Shown: positions 24,338 to 38,019, numbered from the stretch's first letter. The stretch: 64,000 bases of DNA from Tubulanus polymorphus (GCF_964204645.1 NC_134025.1:13888001-13952000), one strand, 5' to 3'. Notes: generated by a model from the sequence alone, not told the origin. Translations and numbers: made by a program.

Positions 24338-24400
24338 TGGTAACATTGCTATAGGTCCAGTTGGAAGGAATCTTTGCCATGCTACATTATTTTCTATTGG
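24338..24400 (-). CDS. COQ6: COQ6 coding exon
   Basis: TTTTTTTCAG|[21 protein letters not shown]|GTGAGT; 63 nt; hallmark UbiH/COQ6 AWQRFLPxGP motif. Confidence 0.95.
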
Positions 24401-25034
24401 CTGAAAAAAAACGGGGAGTAATCTGTTAACTGAATTGTGTGATTAAAGCTCTAGCCCTAATGCTAAACAGAATTGCATAGCCATTAATTACTAGCTGTTC
24501 TGCCAATACATTATATTCCCACGTTGCATAAAATTGGCTTATATAATTTACTCAAACTAAAATTTACAATGGTAGATATCAACGTGTACATCCCGTATTG
24601 AAACTAGTATGGTACCATTTGAACTCTTGCTCTGATTGCCATGGGTAAAACCGGAAGTATGAAGTCAATTTGTTTTGACCAAACTTGTTGCAAAAAGTGC
24701 AAATGCATCAAAAATATCAAATCATTACACATTTGTCAGCAAAAACACTGAATTTGTTTTAATAGGATTTTCTGTTGTTTCACAGAAAACCCTCTTGTAA
24801 TTCTGTTATCATCATCAATTTCCTAACAAAGAATGTATCCTCTCTCAGATTCGTCAACTTATTGATAATACATGCTCTTCTCAACTTTGTGAGAATTGTA
24901 GCACTCTGAATGCGTTGATTTCAATTCTTTGAAAAGTACGACGTACCCTAAAACCAGTTTAAATTTCTGTACCCGGTCTGATTACTTTACAGTGCCTATA
25001 AATATAATGCTTCATCATCAATTAAGCTGGTTAT

Positions 25035-25112
25035 TACTGATAGCGTAATGGTTACAGTGCTTGACTGAGCATCTGTGGTTTCCAGTTTAAATCCAGGTTG
25101 ATTCCGGTATTT
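25035..25112 (+). mobile_element. Degenerate tRNA-derived SINE head
   Basis: A-box-like tagcgtaatggt and B-box-like agtttaaatcc; no complete cloverleaf. Confidence 0.45.
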
Positions 25113-25880
25113 TCATTGCGCGCCTTCGAGTGTGATGTGATTCATGGGTCAATAAAACATCGGATTGATACAAGAATAAGCCGTTGAAGTTGGTAATCGT
25201 TAATAAAGAATAATTTTTTTACAAATAGCAATAAAACACTGGAGTAGCTTTCCGGTTTCTGCGTACAGAATCTCCGGTACACAAGCTTTCCTAAATCGGT
25301 TGGTTCTACAATGCGTGAAAATATGTCTACCCATGCAATAAAGGATGGATTTGAAAAAAAATCATTGAAGTCGGAAGTCATTAGAAACCATGCAAAAATC
25401 CCGTTAGAACTGCAGTTCCTTGTTTGACAAGGTAGCAAATGCTGAAGTAAGGACGAATTTTTTTTCGTGATTGACATAGCTATTACCTGTACTCTTTTCC
25501 CATCCATATGGAATGCTTTGGAATAGGGAAAGATCTGCCCAATTTCTTTGAAAACAAAAACTGTTTATAAAATCTTATCATTACAGCCATTAGTTCTTGG
25601 TGTTGTCAATCAATGATACGATGCATTATGTAGTGATGTTGTCATAAAGCGGAATCTGGGATTTGCGCAACTTTTCAAAGACACGGAATTTCTTCATTTT
25701 AGTAACCAGGTTTTTCCACAGGGATAAGCTTTGTCGGAGAAGGCACCAGAAGCATGATTTCTTTACTGGTACTTGGTAGGCCTATGTGATAATTTATTAC
25801 TGTCGTCACCCATCAAATTAACGAAACTTCCCAGCGAGAAAATGGAGAACCTACGGAGGCAATTAATCAACTTTGACAGC

Positions 25881-26183
25881 TGTCGCGAAGTGCGAATATA
25901 TTTTTTATTATTGATCAGTATTATTAACGACGTCATTGATTGATTGCAGTGGCATCGATATGTTTGTTTATTTGTGTTCAATTTTTGGTGTGACATTTGT
26001 TATGAAACACTCTGTATTGTAACCTTGGCTACTGCTGCCATCTATAGGAAAAAATCTGTGAATGCTCACTTGCCAGAACCGGAAGTGTAAAGAATAAATA
26101 AAAAGTCATGAAAACTAGAAAAACTGGTCGTTAAAAAGTTACTTCTCGGCTCAACCGAAGGGACAAGGATGGAATTCAAGACA
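25881..26183 (+). repeat. 5' LTR of BEL/Pao element
   Basis: TGT...ACA ends; contains aataaa; matches 32561-32863. Confidence 0.96.
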
Positions 26184-26189
26184 TAATTA

Positions 26190-26207
26190 TGGTGCCGAAA
26201 CACGGGA
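26190..26207 (+). promoter_or_regulatory. Primer-binding site (tRNA-Phe-like)
   Basis: tggtgccgaaacacggga just after the 5' LTR; 17/18 match to the tRNA-Phe PBS TGGTGCCGAAACCCGGGA. Confidence 0.8.
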
Positions 26208-26406
26208 ACTAAGTATTGATAGTGGTGTTAGAGAAATTGAACACCAGATTTTGAAGAAATCGAGAGGGAAAAATGAACACGTGCACGTGGTGAGTTTTTT
26301 CGAGTTGGTCTGTACAACATCCTCCCGTCCCACTGTGAAAGTGTAGAGGTAAAAAAAAAAAAAATAAAAAAAATAAAGAAAAAAAAAAAGGAAAAAAGAA
26401 AGAAAG

Positions 26407-29400
26407 ATGTCTGTCTCTTCTAAGAAAGGTAGTCGGAAAAGGTATATGAACCTCATAAAAAAAGAGGTTGAAAAAAAGAGGTCGTTGTTGGCTGAAGCTG
26501 AAGCAAAAAAGGATGACGTGAGTGAGCTACGGAAAAAAGTTGCCACACTCAAAATATTAATAGGAAATTATCTTTCAAAATTTGAAAGAGCCCTGGATGA
26601 ATTGGCAGAGTCTGTTGATTCAATCGTTGAGGATACTGAAAGAAAGAAGGAAGAAAAAGTTATGGCGTCTTTCGACGAGGAAGACACTGATATAATTGCT
26701 ATGGCAACGGAAGCCATGGCTCAATTGACGGTAGCAGAAGACAGTACTGGTATGAAGAAGGCGTCAACTAGTAAAGAAAAAAGTACATCTGTCAGTCTGC
26801 CCAAATTGAGTATTGCTAAATTTTCGGGCGATATCATGCAGTATCAAGAATTTTGGGATCATTTTGAGACATCGATACATAAAAATGAAAACTTATCCGA
26901 TGTGGAGAAGATGACATACTTGAAAAGTTTGTTGACTGGAGAAGCCCTAGATGCTATTGCTGGTCTGACGATCTCCAATGCCAATTATGAAGTGGCAGTT
27001 AAACTGCTTTGTGAAAGATTTGGGGATACCCAAGTGCTAATAAATGCGCACTATGTAAATCTCATCGAGTTACCAGTGTCAACAAATCAAACGGCAAAAA
27101 TACGTCAACTTCTTGACAATATTGAGAGACATTTACGGTCATTAGAGGTCTTAAAACAAGACGTTAATCAAAGTGTCTTCGTATCGATTATCATGTCCAA
27201 ATTACCCAAAGCATGTTTGGTAACAATTGAAATCCAGAAAGAAAAAGACGAAAAGTGGACGGTGAAGTCACTTCGAGAATCACTCGATAATTATATCTCG
27301 GCACGAGAAGTTGCGGAGAGGAACCAGAATGATGGTTCAACTGGCAGGGTTAAACCCAATGAGCACCAATACCAGAGATCGAATTTCAAGTTCACCAATT
27401 ATCAGAAAAGACAACATACACCGTCGGCTACGTTAGCTGCCTCAGGTGCCATCGGTGGTTACTCTCCACGCTGTTTCTATTGTACTGACTCCCATTGGTC
27501 GGATGAGTGCACGAAATTTTCAACAATTGAAGGTCGGAAGAAGAAATTGAAGGCTGTTTGCCATATTTGCCTGAAAAAGGGTCACAGAAAAGATAGATGT
27601 ATGGTAAACCGGTTATGCGCACACTGTGGTATGAGGAAAGACCATCATCGTAGCATTTGTCCGAATTTGTTTACGTCAGCTAGTGGTAGCGTAGCTGAAT
27701 CGAGTCAGAGTTCAAGTCTACGGGGAGCTGAAGCTGAATCCGGGATGTTGACAATGAATTTCAGTATGGTAGCTACAGGTGTAGGCAGACCACTTGTATG
27801 TATGCAGACAGCCACGGTATCCATGATGAATCCGGTAACCAAAAACAAAGTTGATGGTCGACTAGTATTCGACACTGGAAGCTATCGGACGTATATGTCT
27901 AGCTTGAAAGCAAAAAGTTTGAAGCTGTCTTGGTATGCAATAGAATACATTCCTGTCAACACGTTTGGGTCGAATACACCAAAATATCTCAATGGGAAGT
28001 TATCATATTTGCAAATTAGACTGAATGATGGTAGCTTGATGACGTTACATATTACCATAATACCCATGATAACGGGTAAACTTCATCAAAATCCCGTTCG
28101 ACCTGAGACCATAGAGAGAATAGAAGTCATATTGTCAGACCAAGAGATGTCACTGGCTGATACTTTACCAAAGACTCAAAAAACATTTGAAGTAGATTTG
28201 TTGGTTGGTAACGATTATTATTTGAACCTGGTACAACAGAGGAAGATACAGGTAGAAGAAAACTTGTTCTTGGTTGAATCTAAATTGGGGTGGTTATTGT
28301 CAGGAAGATCAGTAAGTGAAAGTGCGATAGATGTGAAACAAAACCCTGGTATGCTAATCTTGACATATGCTGAGGAGGAGGTTGCGAACCTCCATTCTTA
28401 TACCAAGGCTGATATGGCATTGGCAGCCACCAACCCTCATGTGGAAAGATTGTGGGACTTGGATGCAATTGGTATAACTGAAGAAATAAAGATATCTAGT
28501 GACGACAAGGCGTTAGAAAAATTTCAAGCCTCCATAAGTTTTGAAGATGGTCGTTACATGGTTCGGTGGCCATGGATCGAAGACTCATGGTTGAATTTAC
28601 CAGAGAATAAGGATATTGCCTTCTACAGACTAAAATCACTGATGAAGAAACTGAGTGCATCAAAAGATTTTCTGACTCAATATCAAGCCATATTTGAAGA
28701 TCAGGAAAAAAAGAATATCATCGAAAAGGTTGAAGATAAACCAACAGACAACCAAATACACTACATCCCACATCATGCGGTGATGACACCTCAGAAAACG
28801 ACAACTAAAGTGCGAGTCGTTTTTGATGCGTCGTGTAAGAGGATAAGAGAGAACAAGAGTTTAAATGAATGTCTGTACCGCGGTCCTGTGTTACTGTCTG
28901 ACTTATGTGGTCTACTGATGAGATTTAGGATTCATAAAGTGGCAATTGTGGCTGATGTTGAAAAAGCCTTCGTACAAATCTCACTGCATGAAAGTCAGCG
29001 TGACGTGACAAGATTCCTTTGGCTGAAAGATGTGGATGGACCATGTGTAGCAGAAAACATACAGACATACCGCTTCTGTAGAGTACCATTCGGTGTTATT
29101 TCAAGCCCATTCCTATTATCAGCTGTAATTGATCATCACTTACGAACTGAGAATAGTGCTGTAGCAGAAAAAATGCGAAAAAATATGTATGTCGACAACA
29201 TGGTTGTTAGTATCGACAGTGGAAAAGAGACATTCTACGAAGAATCGAAGAAAAGTTTTAATCAGATGGGAATGAATCTGAGATGTTATGCATCAAATGA
29301 TAGTGAATTTATGAAGAACGTACTCAAGGAGGATCATGAACAGAATGATGTGGTTACGAAGGTCCTTGGTGTAACATGGGATAGAAAACGAGATGAACTC

Positions 29401-31969
29401 AGTATCCCATCCATGAAAAAAGAAATGAAAGAAAGAAATATTGTAAATACCAAACGTCAAATATTGATGAGATTGTCATCTCATTTTGAGCCGCTTGGAC
29501 TATTTTCCCCAGTGATTCTTGGAGGAAAATTGTTGATTCAAGAGTTATGGTTGAAAGAAAAAGGTTGGGATGATGATTTGACTGAAGAACAGAGATCTGT
29601 GTGGATGAGGATTGAAAGGCAATTAGACTTGATTTCTACTGTGAGGGTACCCAAATATATGGGAGTTAAAGATCCATTGAGGTACCTACTGTTATGTTTC
29701 TGTGATGCGTCAGATAGAGCTTATTCAACACTTGTATACCTGAAGGTTGAGAGTTTTACTGAACAGAAAGTCAATCTGATATTTGCCAAATCGAGGTTAG
29801 CTCCGAAAAAAGGTTGTACCATACCAAGAATGGAACTAATGGCTGTGCTGATTGGCGTGAGATGTTTAAATTATGTGACGAACGAACTACCAACCCTAAT
29901 AGATGAAACTCATTTGTGGACGGATTCACAGTGTGTGTTGAATTGGATCAAGTCGAGGAAGAAACAGCCTGTCTTCATCGAAAATCGTCTGAAAGAAATT
30001 AGAAAACACCAAGCTGTACAGTGGCACTATGTCGAAAGCGCATCAAATCCAGCAGATATTGCGACTCGACCATGCACTGTTGAAGAAATGAATAGAAAAA
30101 TCTGGTGGAATGGTCCAGAATTTGTTATGAAAGAAAATAAATGGCCGGTATGGAATAAATCTGCCGATGAAGTACATGAGCAAGAAATGATTCTTACTAA
30201 AGAAATAGAAGGAGAATTGGTGGCTGGGGAGGGCACCCCTCTCCTGAGCGTTGAGTTTATTGGTCCATGTGAAGTGAATATGAAGAAATTCTCCTCCTTT
30301 ATAAAGTTACTCAGAGTAACAGCATGGATTCTGAAACTGTTTAAGATGATGAAAAAAGAACATGTCGGTGAAGAATGTTTGAACATACATTTGATTGAAG
30401 AAGCCAAACTGAGATGGGATAAGTTTATCCAGAAATCTGCATTCCCTGAAGTCATCAATGCAGTAAAGAAAAATTTGAAAATAAGTTGAAAACCGATTTG
30501 GGTCTACAGTTGGACAAAAATGGAATTTTGAGATGCTATGGACGTTTTTCTAACTTGAAGTTGCCCGGAGGTCAACCTAAGTTACTGCCTACTAAGAACC
30601 ATTACACTAATCTTGTGGTGTATCACGGTCATTGCAAACAACTACATTCTGGTACTGCTCAGACACTTGCTGAAGTCAGAAAAGAATACTGGATTCCTCG
30701 AGGCCGAGATGTGGTTAGAAGAGTACTGAACGATTGTAATGTATGTCGTTTGTTAGAAGGCGGACCGTATGAATTACCATCGATGCCTCCACTACCGGCA
30801 AACAGACTGATGAGATCTCTACCGTTCACCTACGTTGGTCTCGATTACATGGGTCATTTTAATGTGAAGGAGGGTAGTGAGGTGAAGAAGATATGGTTAT
30901 GTCTATTTACATGCTTATCAGTCAGAGCTGTACATCTAGAAGTAGTGATGAACATGACAACTCAGGAATTCCTCCTAGCTGTAAGAAGATTTGTTGCTAT
31001 ACGAGGGAAACCAGAAGAAATTCTATCAGACAATGCGTCCCAGTTAAAACTAGGAGATCGTGTTCTACAACTAGTATGGAGATCTTTGATGACCAATAAT
31101 GATGTCATAAATTATGCGTCAAACAATGGTATATCCTGGAGATATATCACAGAATTAGCTCCATGGTAGGTGTGGTGAAGAGAGCTCTAAAAAGGGCAGT
31201 GGGCAAACGACTGTTACAACTTAATCAAATGTTGACAGTGACTAAAGAAGTCGAGGCGGTAGTCAATAGCCGTCCATTAGTCTATGTTGGTGAAGACATC
31301 AACTCGGGTGAAATATTGAGTCCGAACTCTTTCATGTCAATGAAAACAAATGTGGGAGTTCCGGACATAAATTTTGATTTGGTTGATGATGATGAAGATT
31401 ATGATGAACAAAAAGAGGCAAGAGATCTTGTAAAATGCTGGAAACGTGGTCTTAGCTACGTGGATGAATTTTGGAAAATATGGCAGACAAGCTATCTCCA
31501 GAGTTTGCGTGAAAGATACCAAACGAAAATCCGGTCACCCCGAATAAGAAGTAAGAGTAGGCCAAGTGTCGGTGATGCTGTTCTAGTTAAAGAGGACAAG
31601 ATGCCTCGAGGGTGCTGGAAGTTAGCAGTTGTGTCGGCCGTGATGAGATCAGCTGATGGGGAAACGAGATCAGCTACTGTCAGATTGTCCACTGGCAACA
31701 TGTTAAAAAGATCTATTGGACATCTATACCCCCTGGAATGTCCATCGTCCTTACCAATGGGGTCAGATGTAGCTGTAGCGAAACGAGACAACATATACCC
31801 GGATCCTCCGAATGCGTCTAATGTACCTGTACCACAGGAAAAAAGCATGATATTCCCGGATCGTCCAAAACGTTCAGCTGCTCGAGCAGCTCGGGATAAA
31901 ATCAAAGGATGGATTAACGACGAAGATCCAGCGGGATCATTCATGCTATTCTGTTTTGATTGTGCTTAA
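26407..31969 (+). pseudogene. BEL/Pao gag-pol polyprotein (DUF1759 gag, three Zn knuckles, protease, RT, RNase H, integrase), two frameshifts
   Basis: LPKLSIAKFSGD..FWD; CFYC..H..C / CHIC..H..C / CAHC..H..C; VFDTGS; YVDN; FCDAS/TDS/NPAD; LDYMG/SDNA. Breaks at about 30480 and 31165. Confidence 0.95.
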
Positions 31970-32560
31970 AGATTCGAAAATCTTTGCTGCTAGTGCTATG
32001 GTCAGTTGTGAGCTTTTTAGCTCACAGTTATATATAATAAAGCAGCTTCGTGCGTAGATAAATTCCGTATGATTTCCGCAAAGTGAAGTAATACGTCATT
32101 CAACTAGTCACGGACTGGATCAGTGGTGAATATAGTTAAAACAAAAAAAAAACTGACTGTTATTTGTGCGGCGTTGGTGGATTATAACGGTATGAACTGC
32201 GTGCGTATTAAAGAGCCTACATTTTTTCTTGGTGACTGTGAAAAGAACTATATTTACTCCGTTGCTGTTTAAATACCGTTAAGGGTGTAAAGTAATTTTA
32301 GGGTATTATAATGGAAACTCATAAAATGAACGTAAAGTAAAAGATTGATTATTTTCATTTAAAAAGAAAAAACACTGTGACGTGTGTTAGGAAAATTAAT
32401 GTAGGAGTTATGTTTTGTAAGGAGTTAAAGTGTGTGTATGTGTATTATTATTATTGATTAGTTAGTATTCTCTAATTGGAATTGCATAAACCAGTATTAA
32501 TAGTTACTAATTCTAATCATAAAATTAGGTGAGATTACTATTTGCTCTCCTTGGTGGGAG

Positions 32561-32863
32561 TGTCGCGAAGTGCGAATATATTTTTCATTATTGATCAGTA
32601 TTATTAACGACGTCATTGATTGATTGCAGTGGCATCGATATGTTTGTTTATTTGTGTTCAATTTTTGGTGTGACATTTGTTATGAAACACTCTGTATTGT
32701 AACCTTGGCTACTGCTGCCATCTATAGGAAAAAATCTGTGAATGCTCACTTGCCAGAACCGGAAGTGTAAAGAATAAATAAAAAGTCATGAAAACTAGAA
32801 AAACTGGTCGTTAAAAAGTTACTTCTCGGCTCAACCGAAGGGACAAGGATGGAATTCAAGACC
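32561..32863 (+). repeat. 3' LTR of BEL/Pao element (preceded by PPT ggtgggag)
   Basis: By eye identical to the 5' LTR except one internal T/C and the terminal base. Confidence 0.96.
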
Positions 32864-33224
32864 CCACAGTGACTTGTGTATCGGGTCTGTAACCAAGGCA
32901 GTGCGTCGGGTGAGACCACATCTATGAGTTCTGCATTTGTTACCACAAATAATTTGATCAATGTTGCATCGTAAAATAGATATGAAAACAATGGTTTATT
33001 TTGACTGCACTGTTTCACTGGTCGTATTATGACCAAACTGAGGTGTTCAAATGATCAAGAGAAATAGCCCTAAGTGATCGTTGTTAGACGAAAATAAATA
33101 AACACTATGCGCAAAGAGCGATACCAGCTGTGTCACTTAGGCTGGCTGATGATTGTTTGCTTGTTTGGCTTTACATCGTTAAGATCTTGGTTTCCCAAGA
33201 CTATCATATTAAATTGTCCATTTA

Positions 33225-33356
33225 ACTTCACACGGGACGGCCTTTGAAATGTTGCCTGCACACTGTAAGCAGCCAGCTAGACTCGAACCCACTAGTCACT
33301 CAGCACCATAGTGGATGCATCAGCATCATGCCTTATCTCGCTGAGCTACCGAGGCC
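33225..33356 (-). mobile_element. tRNA-derived SINE
   Basis: Minus strand ggcctcggTAGCTCAGCGAG...GGTTCGAGTCT (Pol III A and B boxes) followed by non-tRNA body. Confidence 0.7.
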
Positions 33357-34024
33357 GATCGATTAAATTCCGAAAAACTACTTATGACAAACATGTAAAT
33401 TCAATCACTTGTTGTGTTCAACGCATGGAAAAGATGATTAAAGTTATTTTTCCGGTGCGCATTACAAAGCGATCTATCTGCAGAGTGCGTAAGGGGCTGC
33501 TACCTCCTCGTGAGTGCGCAGGAGGCGGACAGGGCATCGTAAAGTGAAATCTTAGAATATAGCCGAACCGATTGAATTTTACAACTTTTAGTCAACTGAT
33601 TGATGGATTGATGATACAACATGGTTGTTTTCCGCGTACTTAACAATGATATTTTCCTCTACTAAACTATTCTAGCAAAATTGAATAGAATAATCTATCT
33701 TTATGGGTAATATCGTATCATGGCTGGGTGGTACCATTTACCGTTTGATGTTTCGTTTCCTTATGAAATGGTTTTAACTTTAGTAAAGGCGCTCCTGCGG
33801 GATCACATAAGTTACCTACGCGGGTTTCCGTCATGAGTAGGCCTACCATTCCACTGCTATAGAAATATGTATTCTGCCGCTGAGAATTAATCCCAATTAA
33901 TCTCATTGCTTGTGATATTTATATACCGGGGGGTACATAAATTATATGTTTTTTCTATTCAAAAGAGGCCAATCCCCATTCTTTACTGCCAATGTCAATG
34001 CAGACAAATCACTACGCGATTGCT

Positions 34025-34385
34025 TAAAGATCAAGTACCGCTTAGTTTTCGTTTTTAACGATAGGTTATGTTACATAAATACATGATAATCATTATTGAG
34101 AAATTTTTGCTGTAATGAGTGATGGATTACTGAAAGATAAACGATTAAAAAGTGTAAATTTGAGGGAATTTTTACATACCCGTGTAGATGGTGCTGATGA
34201 TATTAAAGATCAAGTAGCGCTTAAATAGTTTTCGTTTTTAACGATAGGTTATGTTACATAAATACATAATAATCATTATTGAGAAATTTTTGCTGTAATG
34301 AGTGATGGATTACTGAAAGATAAACGATTGAAAAGTGTAAATTTGAGGGAATTTTTACATACCCATGTAGATGGTGCTGATGATA
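34025..34385. repeat. ~180-bp tandem duplication
   Basis: ttaaagatcaagta..gatggtgctgatgata at 34025 and 34203. Confidence 0.9.
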
Positions 34386-34445
34386 ATAAAATACAGTCTA
34401 TACGCTGTATTCATCAGCGTGAACTCCTTTCTACATTTAGATATT

Positions 34446-35565
34446 TATAATAATAATAATAATAATGTTTATTTTTATATAGCGTTATTCTCATTACAGA
34501 CTCGTAACGCTTTACATAAAACAGGATAAGTAATAAGATTAAGATATAAAACGATAAAACGATACAGAGCTATTACAACATTTCAATGATAAGTTTCATT
34601 AAAAAAGTGAGTTTTTAGCCTCTTTTTAAAAATTGACGGTGACTCGCTATCACGAATAGATTTTGGCAATGAATTCCATTAAGTAGGACTCGCATAACTA
34701 AAAGATTTAGAGCCAATCAGTGTTCCTCCGAGGAACTGGTTTACAGAGGATTGACCTATCCAAGCTTGAGCGTAGTTGACGGCGTGGAATGTATGGAGTT
34801 AAAAGTTCAGACAAATATTCAGGTGCTATATTATTTAGACATTTGTATGTCATTAATAAAATCTAAAATCAATGCGTTTATGAACTGGAAGCCAGTGGAG
34901 TTGTTTTAAAATCGGAGTTATATGTTCACCACGCTTCGTAGTGATAAGTCTTGCAGCGTTATTTTGGACTAACTGCAGTTTATTAAGTAATGAGACAGGT
35001 TATCCAGTTAAAAGAGAATTAGCATAATCAATTCTCGAAATGACTAGCAAATTGACTGCAGTTTTACAGGTTTCAAAATCCAAAAGATGTCGTATCTTAC
35101 TAAGGCAATATAGATGGAAGTTTGCTTTCTTACACACACTCTTAACTTGTTCACCCAATGAAAAAGAATCATCAAAAATGACACTGAAGTTGGCTACACT
35201 CTTGGAAGGGTAGAGAGCGTGATTACTTATTGTAAGTGATATATTGATGGGCAGCTTTTTCTTTACCAGATCGGATGCAAGTAGCATAAACTGTGTTGGC
35301 TGATTTAATAGTAGCTTATTTACCATCCACTCGTACCAGACACAGCATCACTCAAAACCTGTAACCACTTAGAGATCTCAGCAATATCAGGGCGGACCAC
35401 TTTATATAGTTGGTCATCATCTGCATACATATGATAAGATAGATTAAAAGAACTGATAAGATCACCCAATGGTTTCATGTACAGTGAAAATGAGCAAACC
35501 TAAAATTGAACCTTGAGGTACCCCACAGCTAAGAGATTAACTAGTAGAACTTTCATTATGGTACC
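34446..35565 (-). mobile_element. 5'-truncated L2/Crack-like LINE (RT 3' half)
   Basis: GVPQGSILG, YADDDQLY, ISRIDYANSLL, QNNAARL, HWLPV; (TAA)n tail at 34446-34467. Confidence 0.85.
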
Positions 35566-36224
35566 CCAAGTCTTAGTTATCCCTGAATATCTTACATGAC
35601 CTGCTTTTTGAGTATGCAGTTTGTGTCTCTTAGAAGACTCTACTGATACTGTTAAAAGCTCATATTGGTAGTGTTATAACTTGTTGTCGGATACCTCGCT
35701 ACTGCACCGATCAAAGGTAAACAATTGATTCATTTCTTGATTATATATAAATAATAACAAACATGATGAAAATGTTTTTATAGAATGTTTTTATTGATAT
35801 TGTATAGAATATGAGTATGTTAGAAACCAATAAAACTTATACTGACTAACGTGTTTATAGTGTACTGTGTATTCATTGTCGACCCAATGACGTCACACGC
35901 ATAGCTAATAGTCAGTGAGCGCTCTGAAATTCACGCACCTGTTATTTATTTTTCAAACTCAGATATTTATTCAAGTTCAGTGTTTATTGAAAATGATAAC
36001 ATTTTGTACTGTTATATGGGTTAACTATTGAATGAGTTCAAAACAAACAATTTAACCCCCTCTCATCTACCACATAACTAACGAGAAAAATGCGATAGAA
36101 TAACTTTTTGGGCAAATTCATCAGAAATCCGGCGACGCTATGTTGTAGGAAATAATTGCAACATTATTTTGTGTCATTTTCAGCTGTATCTAATGTTTTA
36201 CGTGAAAGAAGTTACAATTTGAAG

Positions 36225-36865
36225 TTACTATGAAAATGAGAAGAGTCTGCGCTTTTTTTACTACGACTTTTGATCCATTTTCAGAATTTAGGCCAAAATT
36301 GACATTTTTTGCCACAAAAAGAGGTCACAGGACAGCCATCTTGCGTTCGATCAATCCAATTTTTCTCATGCCCATGGGCCCTTTGGGTATACAAATATAT
36401 ATAAAAAATCACGATCATTGATTTAAGCGTCTTCAAAACTTCCCTTGAAAACTACAAAAATGTGTTACAAGCGCTATTTTCGGGGAACAACAATGGCTAC
36501 CAGTCAGCCATCTAAAATCTGACCAGGCCAGTATGTCAATTGCTCCCAGGTCTGGATGCTAGCAGGACCTCATTTGGCGGTTTAGGGAGTCTCTGTAGCG
36601 GAGGCATGGTTGGCCTACATTTCTTTGACCTTTCCTTAGCTGGCCCTAGAACAGGCATATTAGAACTGGCCTAGAACTGGAATGCAGCTGTTGTCCATAT
36701 GCACCAGATGCCCAGACCATCGAAGTTGCATCTTCATGATGTATGCCTCTATGGCATGTATAAGCCAAATATCAAGACATTACAAAACTTCCCAAAATAA
36801 CTGGATTCTGTCTGCAGACAGACAAACAGATGAATGGACGGACGCAACCAAGTGGGCTAAAAACA
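36225..36865 (+). repeat. Helentron-associated repeat copy
   Basis: ggacagccatcttg, caatggctaccagtcagccatct, gacagaca/ggacggac microsatellite and caagtgggctaaaaa end, as at 40440-41050. Confidence 0.65.
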
Positions 36866-37403
36866 ATGGTTTATTTGGACTCCACAGTATCATTGTTGAT
36901 TCGTTGATTTTTGCAATATTCAAATATAGTGTTAATTAAAATCAATCTTTGAGATCAACTGCCAGTCCATTCTAGTCCTACTAAGCTAGGCCAACCGATG
37001 TCCTTTACTCGCATTTCGGAGAGGTAGCTGTGCAAAAACTCATAATTACTGCTTTGTTCTATATTCTTACGTATCTATTCTAATTCTATTCTTATTTCAA
37101 TCAGTACAAAACAGACGCGTTGGAAGCAATCTTTGATTTTATATTTTGATTTCATATCACTGCGGCCATTTGCAGATTTTTTGCAGGTTCTTATATTGCC
37201 GCGACGAAATTCACTTCAATGTCAAAACATAGTATAGAAAGAAAGAAAATACATCATTCAGTGAATTATTGCTACAGTTCCAATCCACGATAAAATATTG
37301 TTTTTAATGCAATTAGCTAGTGACTAATTTGAACCAAACCATCGAAGTACAAGGTTGAAGCTAGGAAAAATTGTTATATAAGTTCTTGGTAGCCTGTACT
37401 TGC

Positions 37404-37511
37404 CTCAGATAAGTGTAAAACAGCCACAATTCCTGTCTGATCATATTCCCATTTTACCGATTGTATTTTGGCAGAATCTTTAGCAAGCGAACGAAACCCA
37501 TCTGCTCCGAT
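37404..37511 (-). CDS. COQ6: COQ6 coding exon with GC donor
   Basis: CAG|IGADGFRSLAKDSAKIQSVKWEYDQTGIVAVLHLSE|GCAAGT; 108 nt. Contains the GADG motif of FAD monooxygenases and continues the previous exon in frame. Confidence 0.92.
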
Positions 37512-38019
37512 CTGTAACCGAAAAACAATATCCATGTAAAAAGCAATAGCAAATAGCCAATAACAAAACTAAAACAGGGATTGAAAATTTCACTTTATCA
37601 TTACATTATTAATCAAGACAACTGCAGCACCAACTGTAGTTTTTCCAACAATGAAGACCAATGACCTCAATTTTCTAATTTAACGAATTAGCACTCAAGC
37701 CACCGAATCCAGCCAGACACTTTTTTCATATACTGCACGAAACCAATAGCTTAAGATAAACTAGACACCTAAGTCCTCAAAATACTGTAAATCAACATCA
37801 CTCACAAATTTCTAAATTTTTCAAAACCTCTGGATGTGACACTGCACAATTGTCAACTACCAATTCAAGTTTAAGTCCTCAAGATGAAGCAGGTCAGAGT
37901 CAGACTCAGGGTCATGGAAATGGTATAATACCCCTAACAGGAGTCCCTTCAAAGGGCAATGCTTCTTGTGATGGTCAGCAGCAGGCTCCAGCAGGATCTC
38001 TTGACAACAACTACAGCAC

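Larger units (their letters stand above)
25881..32863 (+). mobile_element. Full-length BEL/Pao LTR retrotransposon
   Basis: Paired 303-bp LTRs, PBS, PPT and gag-pol. Probable TSD acagc (25876-25880) / acagt (32866-32870). Confidence 0.97.

Noticed and set aside
30470-30495. Programmed -1 frameshift in BEL pol
   Set aside because: BEL gag-pol is normally a single ORF. A one-base loss in an A-run explains it more simply.
30027-31944. Antisense ORFs within the BEL element
   Set aside because: Shadow ORFs of the pol coding strand with no domain signal.
33270-33356. Functional tRNA gene
   Set aside because: A and B boxes are present but there is no clean cloverleaf or acceptor stem; treated as a SINE head. 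The same applies to 25035-25112.
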